Positions 52,646-64,000 of a stretch of DNA of 64,000 bases are shown in pieces (the stretch's first letter is position 1; every line of letters starts with the position of its first letter). A model generated the notes under the pieces. The model worked only from the letters and a program-made list of their open reading frames with translations. It was not told where the DNA came from and searched no databases. This DNA is from Podarcis vaucheri (Eukaryota). The position numbers and the translations under genes were made by a program. The stretch lies in assembly GCA_965113315.1 (NCBI GenBank), contig OZ220374.1, one strand, 5' to 3'.

Positions 52646-55258
52646 CATACTGTATGAACTAACACTTTCCAATATCTCCAGTGATACTGTTAAAAACGGC
52701 ATTGATCATCTGGAGTGCTCATATTTAGATGGAACTTATTCAACATCATTGTCCTTGGCATATAACAATGAAGTCCTTCGTTCTCAAGGCAACCAGAACA
52801 TTGCAAAAAGCTTTGACACATTTAAGGGGACGGGGAATCAAAGCCAAGTTTTTGAGCATGGATTGATTTCTAAACATTTATTTCAAATGTTTCTTGACAA
52901 GTTGGGGAAGGGAACCTATGGTCCAAGCCACTCTACTTTGCCCTAGGCCATATTTCCTTCCTAAGGTTTAGCAGCCCTGCTCTGCACTCTCCTGAAGTGC
53001 TTTTGAAGGACTGCAATGTGTTCTTCTACTGCAATAATACATTTTGCTTGCCAGGCTGGAAAGATGTGGGCATAAAAACCAGGGCCAAATCTAGGTTTCT
53101 GTGGGTGCGTCGGCAATGGTTGCCGGTGAACTCCTAGTCTGCTTGCTTTCATCTTCAAACTATACTTCTCCTCCCTCTTGGCCTCACCCTTTTAAAGTAA
53201 AACATAATCTTAACCAATAGAGCAACTTCCGATTGTCAAGCAAAAACATCATGAAACATTGGACTTTTGATATGATTGTCTTTTCCTCTTAATTGACTAG
53301 ATGAATACACCACCCCATGCATCCAAAATTAGCCTTTGGGTCTCCCTACTATCCCTCTCACTTTACATGTCCTTTCGAGGAGATAAAAACATAACATTTT
53401 TGTACATTTTACATTATTTTCTGTCCTGGGATACATTTCAAATAATCCTGGCTTAGCACTGTATATGAAATAGGTATTCTGGCTTACAAATAACTCTGGC
53501 CAATTGCTAAGCACGCTGGCTTGTTCAACTAAATATTTATTATTTGTCTATCACTGAAATTACTCATATTCTACTCGTTCTAAGAAATACAGTGATTGTT
53601 AGCAACTGCTACAGAATACTGAAAAAGTACTCAATATTTTTCTTGAAGGTCCTGTTCCACATGCCAATTAGCTACTGAACACTGTGAGTCTCAGTGCTGG
53701 ATTTGAGAGCCAGTGGCAACCCTGTGAACAGGCACAGGGTTGCCTGGTAGTCACTATGTCATTTGTGGCTAATGACATTTAGCCCTTTAGTTTTAATAAC
53801 AGAAATGTTTGTTACAGCATGATCATCTCATCCTGTACTCATAATCCAGGATTTAAACATGAACCAAAGATAACAAGGTTCCTCAATGGTTACTCCCTAG
53901 ATTAATTTAAGGTAACCTGTAAATTAAGAATTGCTACTTTCAACTAGCTGAAAGTTCTAAAAAGAGAACAACTAGCTAAAAGTTAAGCTGATTCATGAGT
54001 AATGCATGAAGCATGTTGAATTTGCCCAACAGCATTATTTTTTTCCAAATGCAGTGAGTGGGTTTCTTTTCCATTAAGGCACAGAATCACTAGGGGCAGG
54101 AGATGCTTTTGAGGAGTAGGCTGCCTGTACCAGAAGGACACAGTACATTTTTAAAGGATCAATTTTCACTGGCAGATCAACTCTAAAAAGAGCACTTTTA
54201 TAGCATGCAAAGGGGTATTTTAGCAAACATTTCTGAAAACACACATTTATTTCAACAAATACCACTATGTTTGTATTTTGCTTTGCTAATCTCAGGAAAT
54301 GTAGCACTACTCTAAAATGTCCAGAATTCTGAAATAATCTTTATCACGAAATTCCACTGACATAAATCAGAGTTTTATACATTTGAAAATTAAGTCTGCT
54401 TTATTTGCTCAAATATTTTATGGGAGCTAACAATTTAGCAGCAGAAATGGCTCCCACTCCTGTTCTGCTTTTTTCTCTACTATTGGCTGCCCTGAAACAC
54501 CAGCTTGATGAACTAAGGAATCTCATGGTATCTCGTAAAAACAAACATCACTACCTGTCTTATAAACAAGTATTAGAGTTTGAAAATAATGTTGTTCCAG
54601 AGCTCTAGAAAATGACCACGAAAGGAAAATTCTTGAAAGCCAGATTTTAATTTTCAACCAAATACTTTGCTTGTAATTTTTCACTAGTATACATCAAAAA
54701 GTTGACAGCTGAAAATGTTAACCAGTTAGTCAAAAGTTTTTAACTTTTAACAAACTTTTTAAATTGTTAACTGATTAATTAACTACTTAATTCCCATGAC
54801 CATTTGTATATGTTTGACCATTTGTATATTATTTATCAAGCAATCCGTTTTGATCTGCACATTATTCAATACAGCAAAAAAAAAAAAATATTCCCTGATG
54901 CAACTTTTTCAGACAGGTACATATATCTAAATAGGAAAACAAGCCTAAGGACCTGTGGAATTAATATACTTGGTTAGACAACAGAAGCGTAGCCCTTCTA
55001 CAAAGCACTGCATGTTGTTATGAAGAACCCAGAAGGAGACACAGGGAAGATTTAATCAACTCTCATTTTTTTAAAGGTGGCTGAAGAGGGTGCAAAAAAT
55101 ATTATCTCCCCCCCCCCCCCCAATATCTCAAGCCATGCTTGTAGGATATGCAAGGCTTCTGAATGAGTGGTTGTAATTTGAATTAAAGGACGAAAGAACA
55201 GCAGTTACTTCAAATGACCAGCAAAGGGCTAGGTCTTATTTATGTACTCTAGACTTAC

Positions 55259-55414
55259 GCTGATTTCTTTACTGCATCCCTCAGGGGGTTCAGACACCTC
55301 GCTGAAAATGGCATCTGGTCCCTCTGCTACAGAACTCAAGATGGTGGATGATTCCCCTGCCCTTGAATCACATACCTCTTCTGAAACAGAAGGGCTGAGG
55401 GGGGGCTTCATGTC
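55259..55414 (-). CDS. Candidate alternative in-frame CDK14 exon (156 nt, phase 0/0): DMKPPLSPSVSEEVCDSRAGESSTILSSVAEGPDAIFSEVSEPPEGCSKEIS
   Basis: Open frame and more GC-rich than its flanks. Consensus donor AGC|gtaagt and acceptor ttctcag|GAC, both phase 0 like the host intron. No transcript evidence is available. Confidence 0.5.
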
Positions 55415-58400
55415 CTGAGAACTCATGAGCGGTGTTTCCCATTACAAAAGGAGACAACACTTGTGTGTAAACTCCCACACCTATGCACTTTACCTCAGAA
55501 ACAGCCTCTGGGGTATTTTTAAGCTTTTCAAAGAACAGATTAGAACACCTTAAGAGGGTAAAATAACACCACCTCAAGAAGCCTTTTAAAACTGTAGTTT
55601 GTACGATACTACAAAAACAATGAATACCAACCCCCCCCCAAAAAAAACCCCACATGTGCCTTGTGTCAGCTTAAATGCACATTTAATTTTATTTACGTAT
55701 CATTAAAAACATTTATAAATGTTTTTAAATGGCTTCCTTCACTGGGTAAAGTTCACGAAGGACAATTGTAAAGATCTGGGCCTCCGCTCCTATTTATTTT
55801 GTCAACAAAGGCAACATTTAAGTGCCTGTGCATCTCTGCAACTAACACTATTATTTATTTTCTACTCTAAAATTAGAGTACATAATAAGCCTTTTAAAGA
55901 AGTGCCCAATCTCTTTACCTTTCACTTCAGAAAACAACTTAACAGCCAGGGAGATCATAAAATGAGTGGGTTGGAGGTAGAAAAAGCTTGTTTGTTTAGC
56001 AGTAAGATGTTTTAAAAACAGTTCCAAATTTGAAAGAGGGAGGAGCCATGCATGCAGAGGCTGTTCTCTATCACAGGCAAGAATCTGACTGAAAATATTG
56101 GAAAACTAATAAAAATTTATTTGACAAAAGAATCTGACTGAAAATAACGTTGAATCCCTCCGCCTTCTGACATGGATATCTTTCAGCAGCCTCCAAAGTT
56201 CAAGGGGAGGGCATTCCTGCTGAGATTCCAAAAATGGCACCATTAATTTCTCTTCAATTAATCTTTTGTCTATATCTTAAGTATTTTCCATACAGCCTTA
56301 TGAGAAATTAGTCAGTTTCCCCAGTGGTCAAAGAAACCTAGTTTGCCTGCAAAATTCTCAGATAAATGTCAGTGTCCAAAGTTAGACACAACTTTTAAAT
56401 ACAAATACATAAAGTTTTCCAGCTAATAAGGCTGTAACAAGTAATACAAAATAATTACAAACTACTATTTCTTTTTAATTACAAATAAAAATATGAGCCT
56501 TGTTAACGGGTTTTCTGGTCCTGAACAGAGGCCCTTACAGCAAAGTCCCACCTTTAAAGCCTAAATATTTACTTTAGTCTGTCCAATCAGACACACACAC
56601 ACACACATAATTAGATATGCTTAAAGTATTACAACTAGTAAAACCAACACAATAACCCCCCACATCTGAAAACTGTCAAAGACTCTTTGTGTGAATAACT
56701 GACATGTCCAGGAGTTGGGGAGTATCCGTTCTAGTTGGGGTTGGACTCCCTGTGAAGAAACAGGTTTCCCTTAGTCCCAGTTAACTTCTGGATAATTTCG
56801 CTGAAGCTTTCTCTTCCCATTAATAATATTTTTTTTCCTCATTAACTGATGGCAAATGGTCAAAAAAGTGCAGGAGAATTTTTTGTCACAGCACTAAAAA
56901 AGAGCACTGGAACTTGGGTAGATTGGATTGGCATCTCTATAGCTAGTGCAACATACAGATCATTTCTTGGTTACATACAAGACTAGTGGGTGGGGAGCCT
57001 AGTCCTACAGAGACATTGCCAACTTCCCTTCCCACATATTAATTCAGAATACAATTTCCTGGTACTGCATTGTCAGTCAAACTAATTAAAATCCATCCTC
57101 AGTAATTCAACATGAATTTAAAAAATAAGACTATAATATCACTTTGGGTGTACAAAAAGTCAGTAGAATTCCATCAGTTTTACTTTGTGTAGATGCAGTT
57201 GCCACTTAAGGGTTTTACCCTCTCCTAGTTTGGAAAAACAATGCTTTGTTGTGAAAAAAAATGCTTCTACCGGTTATATTTGCACATGCTCTTAGATTCA
57301 TATTCATTTTTCATAAAGTAACAGGATGCTAATGTTATGCTTAAAATATCTAGTTCTGAAATTGTGTCTAGGGATATGACATGTCCACAGGATATTAAAT
57401 CTCAATATAAAATTATCCATGGAGCAATAAACACGCTCACAGTGCCTCTGTAGAAGAATTTCAGTATCAATACTGAAGATCTTGTGTCCTCAAGAGAACT
57501 AATTTCACAGCAATAAAAAGAAAATCTGAAAGTAAAGGACAAATTCAACCTTTTGTGTTTTATTCATGGAAGCCTTTTTTTACAGCTGGTCAACTGAAGA
57601 GTTAAGTACATGGGATCACCTGTTTGGCTTTGACTGTGTGCAAAATACAAGCTATCTTGCATATCACAGTAATACTGTGATGTCTGGAATAAACACTAAG
57701 GACATTTGTAAACTGATGTCTCTTCTAGACAGAAAGTCTATTTAGGCAAGAGAGTGAAGGCACCTTTATCCAACGTGGCTCAGAAACAATTCTCTGAAAA
57801 GTGTCTAGTGATACTAGTCAACCTTAAACACTTTTTTCTTTCATTGAGAAAATGAAAATATTCTATTATTAACTGACTAGTAACCTGTAAGTAAATAGAT
57901 ACCATTTTCATTTTTATGGAATTTGTATTCTTTACCTCAAAGGTCACATTACTAGAGATTTATGCAATAGTGGGAAATAAAATGTCATTTTCATACACAA
58001 TAATTTGGCAGGACACCTCAGGGACAACTGCTGGCACACCAGTCATAAGCAAGGATGACATTTCATTTATCACTACTTTAAAAAGATAATACACCACATG
58101 GGGAAAGCATAACATGTTCTGAGAGCTTTGTCTGCTTCATGATTTCACAAACTATTGTGATTTGAGAAATGTTTGCTTGGTCATAATGTACTGTTTGACA
58201 AAGGTTCAGCATTGCCAATCCAGTGTTCCCGAAACAAAATTTCCAGCTTCTGATAAGAATAGTAAGTTTTTAATTTTAATTTTGTTCTGAAATATTTCTG
58301 ATGAAAAGGTAGCACACAGTTTTAAAATAAACTAGCCCGCCACACTCCAAAATTTGAACTGTGGTATATACAGTAATTAATAAAAAAATCTCTATTAATC

Positions 58401-58753
58401 TTCTAAACTAACAAGAAACACCCCAAACTAGATGTTTCCTAGTATTAACAAACAATCTACTTTTTATGTTAGACAGAATTCATAACCGTTTCAGAGGATG
58501 GTAAAACAAGGATAACAACCTTCTGAGAACACAGCTCATTCAATGGAAGACAATATAATGATACTGAACCAATCTGGATCATGTTTATCTAAGACTAAAA
58601 TTGCACATAATGAAAGCAGAGCGATATGGTTCTTTTAAAAATACACACAATCTCAGCATACCGCTTTAAGTGACGTTGCTATTAAAAGCACCAAAACATT
58701 TGGAACTTGGATGGAGAATTTAGTTGAGATAAATATGGCATGTCTGGACTTAC

Positions 58754-58999
58754 AGAGCTAGGACTGGAATGTCGTCTGATTTTAGGAGATTCTTTCCCAG
58801 TGGATGAAGTCTTGAAGTTAATGCAGGCATTGTTCTCTGAATGGACCCTCTTCACTTGATTATTTGGCTTTTCAAATGGATCAAAAGTGCTCTGTGTCCT
58901 TTGAACTCTGACTTTTTTGTCTTCTGGAATTGTGTCCAAGGGCTTGATCACAGAATCCATTCCTTGGCAATTCCGTGTAGACATCTTTGTGACACATAT
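58754..58999 (-). CDS. CDK14: CDK14 coding exon (246 nt, phase 0/0): ICVTKMSTRNCQGMDSVIKPLDTIPEDKKVRVQRTQSTFDPFEKPNNQVKRVHSENNACINFKTSSTGKESPKIRRHSSPSS
   Basis: The translation matches the CDK14 N-terminal extension. Acceptor ...ttccttag|ATA, donor TCT|gtaagt. Contains an in-frame ATG at 58984 (MSTRNCQG) and the RHSSPSS motif. Confidence 0.98.
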
Positions 59000-59210
59000 C
59001 TAAGGAAGGAAAGGAAAAATACGTATTAAATAACTTGATAAGTTACCATTGCTCAGGACCAAACAAAGCATTACCAGAGGGTGGGGGTAGACTGTGTTTC
59101 CAGCTCCAGTTGTACCACTAACATAGGACATGAGATGCATATGGTACAAAAAAAGCAGCAGGCAGGTGGGTCATGGTTAACCATCTCCAACCCTCCAATT
59201 CTCCCATATA

Positions 59211-59446
59211 CAGTGGTGCCCCGCAAGACGAATGCCTCGCAAGACGAAAAACTCGCTAGACGAAAGGGTTTTTCGGTTTTGCGTTGCTTCGCTAGACGAA
59301 TTTCCCTATGGGCTTGCTTCGCAAGACGAAAACGTCTTGCGCTTTTTTCTTAAAGCCGCTTGAAGAGGCGCAGTTGCGACGGACCGTGCTTCGCAAGACG
59401 AAAAGACTCGCGGAACGAATTATTTTCGTCTTGCGAGGCACCACTG
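59211..59446. mobile_element. Tc1/mariner (Tigger-like) MITE, 236 bp, same family as 49182-49411
   Basis: TA TSDs. TIRs CAGTGGTGCC(C/T)CGCAAGACGAA. 5' half nearly identical to the 49182 copy. Confidence 0.93.
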
Positions 59447-62400
59447 TAAATTATTAAAAGATTTCCAGCTACGCTCTAATAATAGAAGAGAACCCAGTTA
59501 AGGTACAAACTGAAGAAGTATGCTGGCAAGAATGCGTGGGCATAGGAGAAATTAAGCATCCTCCCTCTTACCTGCAAATCCTTCCTGAACACTCTTTCCC
59601 ACCTTTAATCATGTTTCACCATGTAACATTTACCGTACTTTGACTCCTTAGTGTTTTATAATTAAATAATAATAAGTATTCAAGTGTCATTTATTCTGAA
59701 ACATTGAATATACTTATTAATTCTGAAAAGTCACAAATTACACTGTTGTATTTAAATAAAAATAAACAGCAGAAGAATATAAATATATTAATAATACTAA
59801 TTAAAGGGGAAAGTACAGATTTGGAAGTCTTGATAAAAGCCTTATGTAAACTTTATCAGCATAAATGCCAGATCACTAAGTCTTACTGTCCAGTCACTGA
59901 TATCTGCTGCAAAGTATTGATTTCCATTTCTCTAAAATTAGATGAGGCCAAATTAAATAAATTGACTTATGTCAATTTAAGTCATCTTACTGTAGCATGC
60001 CTTACATAATTGTTTCATAGAGCAATGTGTATATAGCTGAATTACTTTAAGACTTGGAAAATCCAATTGGTAAAACCATACCCTATCCCTGAACCAGTGG
60101 AGGCAACATTCAGTAGTTCAATAACGCACAACATTTCTCAGGTCTTTACTTTTCCAGCAATCAGCATGAATTTTGCTACCTCCTTAAGTCTTATGATCCA
60201 ATCCCAAGGCCATGAACTATGTAGTTTATTCACAAAATTATTATTTTCATTGGGAAGTGAGTATCGACAAAATGGTGGGCCAACACCATTTTTTGTGGTT
60301 GAAGCACAAAAGAATCTCTATCTAGCCTTGGGATAATTCACTTCAAAGTGTTGCCTTCATGTTTAAGTCTAGTGGTATAAACACTTTCTAAAAGCACATT
60401 ATTCCTCAAAGTGCATATCCTGATTTTATTACTTCAAATCCAATTTATTTCAATTGTTCTCAGACAGCAGACTTTATTCAAATGTAATATGCTAGTCACA
60501 GAGTGGTTGTTCTAAACCTCTAAAGTTTCCAAATAGTACTCCACAGAAGTAGAGGAGACTCTTAGATTTGCAATTATCAGAAAGGAGAACTGATGTAATC
60601 TCCTTGTATATCTGGGTAGGAGCTCCTAAAAGGAAGATGAGAAGCCAGTTCCAAAGCACACAAGTATGCATTTTTATTTGTACATTAAATGCAATACTTT
60701 AAAAATGGAATTGCAAAAATAATCTCCAGGTTGTTCTTCACATTTGTGAGATGATCTCCAAAGCCAGTACATTCCAAGGAACGACCACGTCAACAGCTAT
60801 TAGTTGTTTGTGAATTAAGTATTTTATTAACTTATGGATTCAGAGCAATTAGCTACCTTCTAAAGCCTAAGCGTGTTCCAGCAAGTCCTTGAAAATGGTA
60901 TTGCCATCACCTGTGGTGCTCATCGCTGGAGGAAGCCTAGAAGTGCAGACTATTATAGATCCATAATACAAGCATAAAATGCTTCCCCAAAATAGTAAGA
61001 CTATATCTCACCAAAAAGGCTTCCTTTGCAGTGTAACAAGAAACCAATGGATCTGTATACCAATAAACATTTCAAATTCAAAATAGTTTAAACAATAAGA
61101 CTAGCTTACTTTGAAATACAATTCTGCAAAAAAGCAAGAGATATAGAAAGTAGCACTAAAAGGACCTCTTTCCAGACAATGCCTCTAGTATAAAAACTGA
61201 ATTCAAAGACACAGTTAAATAATATGTATGGTCCAATGAACTCCAAGATGCATGTGGTAGGCCCTTACACAATTCTACAACCAGAATGGCTAGAAGATCT
61301 AATCATTAAATCTGAATGCTACAACTTCGTGGCGCATATCACTCTGCATCAGTTGTGATAGTTGATGCAAGAGCAGAGTCAAAAAATCTCTGGCTACCTA
61401 AATCAATTATTATATTGCACAGGTAAGGTTTTTGCTTTCACTATAACCTGCCACTATGACCCAAATATCAAATATTGATATTTGATAACAAAGACAAGAT
61501 TATATATGCACATTATGTGCATGATATCCTCCAGCTTCACAGATGCTGTTAGTCCTTTTGCATATATGCAAAATGAGATGGAGAGCTATAATGTTTATGT
61601 TGCAAATGTAACTTAATTGTTAGCTACTTTAAAACAGATAAAGGCAGTACACAGAAGGTTGCCATGATTAGCCGTGCACTGAATCCTGATTGTAATTTAC
61701 TCTAGAGAATTCATCTTCCCTTACATTGAAAATAACTTTGTAAAATACCTGCTGCCATCGATTTTATCTGGCTCAGCAAAAGCAATAGTTTAAGATGAGA
61801 TATGCTAGGCAAGAGGTTATCTCCTTGCATGCAAAATGCAGCCATGATCCAATATTGATTGCAACTATTATTTTATTTAAAAAAAACACGTTTTGTACTA
61901 AGACAAAGTCTAAACCAAGTCTCACCACTACTCCAAGGGTTTCCTCTACAGAAACAACTGAATGAAGTTATTCAATAATTTAAGAATATCCACTGAAATA
62001 AATAAATGCCTAGCTGTATAAATGGCAAACCATAGCCAACAACCCTTGGGCAAGAGAGCGCTGACCTCAGTACAGGAAAGCAAACACAAAAGTCTGCTGT
62101 AGGTGTACAAAATTCATTGCCGTCAAGATCCGTACAAAGAGAGTCTCAATACAGAGATCTCCACTTCACAATGGCAGGCTGCTTGTCTTGATGCTGCATT
62201 TATGGAAATCACATATGATACCCTATCAGGAAGAGTGAAAGAGTATAAGAATTCATTTAACAGAGGCAGAGAGAAGAAACACCATGGTGTATCTTTAATA
62301 GTGAATCTGGACACCCTTCATCTGCCTCAGCTGCAATAAAACATGTCTCTCTCGTACTGGTCTCTACAGCTACAGCAGGTGCTGCAACTCTCTGATGGTT

Positions 62401-64000
62401 TGGCTTTACCCAAGGATGGCACATTCTTCCGTTCTCTCTCAAGACAGATGTATGGCAACAACCATTTATACAGCTCTGCAAACACTACTGTGTTTGCATG
62501 CAGAACTATGGATTGGGCAACTAGCCCAATACTGTATTTAATAACTGAACTGGAAAAACAAATCAATTAAATGGTCACAAGACTAGCATGTATAAAAAGA
62601 TGGTTCTTTTTCTGATGTCTGGAACAAACAAAATATTTGAGGAATGACACGTTCTATTTTTGAACTTTTCACATGACATTATCTTGCCTACTTTCAAAGG
62701 GCAAAGTGTTATCTTTTGCAAAACCTTTGAGTGAGTTGTTCAGAAGTAGAGCTAATAAAGTGCATATGACATCTTATTCGGCTTCTAGGACAAATCAATT
62801 CAGGGCTAAATTCTATGCTCTAAAGATTAAAGATGGGTGAGTGATATGTCCACATTATCATTCCTTAAATGCATTACAAAACCTCAAAATCTGTAATATA
62901 ATTTTGGGAAATTTTTGCTGTACTAGAAAAAATCTTTCATTAATTAGCCTTAGCTAATTAAACCAATTTATAACCTCTTGAACAGTGGGGAGGGTAATTG
63001 ATTTTACTTTGTTATGCATTTTTGTGTATAAATTCTATAAATTCATAGCATGCTATAGTATATATAACAGAACAATCTTGCTTTGAAATAAATATATTTT
63101 CCTTAGAAAGCACATTAAAAAAATTTAAGAATGCAGTTGCTGGCTTTTAGGGCTAGAATAGTTTATGAGGTCTTTTACACCTGAAAAAAATAAATTCCAC
63201 TCTTCTGGGTTCCTAACTAGGATTCTCGGTTAGCATTGAACAACAATGGACAGGGAGGGCTAAAGATAATGACTGATGAGTCAGAAAGACAGACTCAGAA
63301 TTTCATGAGAAGTGAAAGCCATATGAGGTATATCTATCTCTTAGTCTAGGAATTTGGTTCAACCCTTTGTCATTTTGAAGAACAGAGACATATTATGATA
63401 GAAAAAAGATTTCACTTATGTGGGCGTTTCCCTTCAAACACACACACACACACACACGTTAATACTGTCAGATATTTTCGACAAAAATCAAGAGTGATTG
63501 ACTATACATACCTTTTCACCACTTGAAGAGTGCAACATCATGGATGACTAAGTCATTCCATATTTATCTCTAAGGTTACCTCATGTGCAATACTGTAAAT
63601 TCAGACATTCAACTGCCAGCTGTCCATGCAGCACAGCAAGATGGTATGTAAAGCTACAGCCAGACAGACAGACATGAAACTTGGGAACCATTGGTCATCA
63701 CAAAACAAGGGACCTCTACCTGGAAGCAATATTATTTGCTTAAGGATTTGTATCCCACCATTCAACAGGTTTCCAGGGCAGATTATAATATGCCTCTGTA
63801 TATAAACTGTTGGGTAACAACAATGAGAGATCTTCCCGAAGTAAACATGCATTTTGTTTGATCCCGTAGGGCTTTTATTTTATTTTTATTTTCTATTTTT
63901 AATGAATATAGAAGCCTCCTCAAGGAAAAGAAATACCAGAGCAAGTTTTTTTTATCACAGACCATTTCCTAGTTGTGCCAGTTTTCTAATTACAGGGAAA

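Noticed and set aside
52575-52946. 123-aa plus-strand ORF
   Set aside because: Non-ATG start, partly antisense to an L2 fragment, no recognisable domain.
59000-64000. Search for the upstream short CDK14 exon (ALKKDDTTFDE-like) and the promoter
   Set aside because: Not found by eye and there is no CpG island. Presumed to lie outside the window.

Overview
AT-rich vertebrate genomic DNA. The repeat content (Squam3-type SINEs with (CTT)n tails, Tc1/mariner and hAT MITEs, CR1/L2 fragments, a Penelope relic) points to a squamate, probably a lacertid lizard. The window is the interior of CDK14 (PFTAIRE-1/PFTK1) on the minus strand. It holds eight consecutive coding exons (58754-58999, 51701-51795, 49027-49106, 40246-40340, 30709-30771, 22276-22399, 12676-12796, 1442-1535; 918 nt, 306 codons). 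All have GT-AG boundaries and compatible phases, and they run from the N-terminal extension through [30 protein letters not shown] and the activation segment. The first and last exons lie outside the window. Nearly all ORF-track entries are spurious intronic or repeat ORFs. Main observations: (1) a candidate in-frame 156-nt cassette or alternative exon at 55259-55414 with a consensus donor, placed between the RHSSPSS motif and the kinase domain; (2) a young Penelope-derived insertion at 839-1053 with a 13-bp TSD, a 67-bp perfect inverted repeat and an intact minimal hammerhead ribozyme motif on the CDK14 sense strand; (3) two inverted, nearly identical SINEs flanking the 95-nt exon; (4) structured, CpG-rich MITEs and a nested MITE insertion. 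Comparisons with human CDK14 and repeat family names are from memory and need database confirmation.
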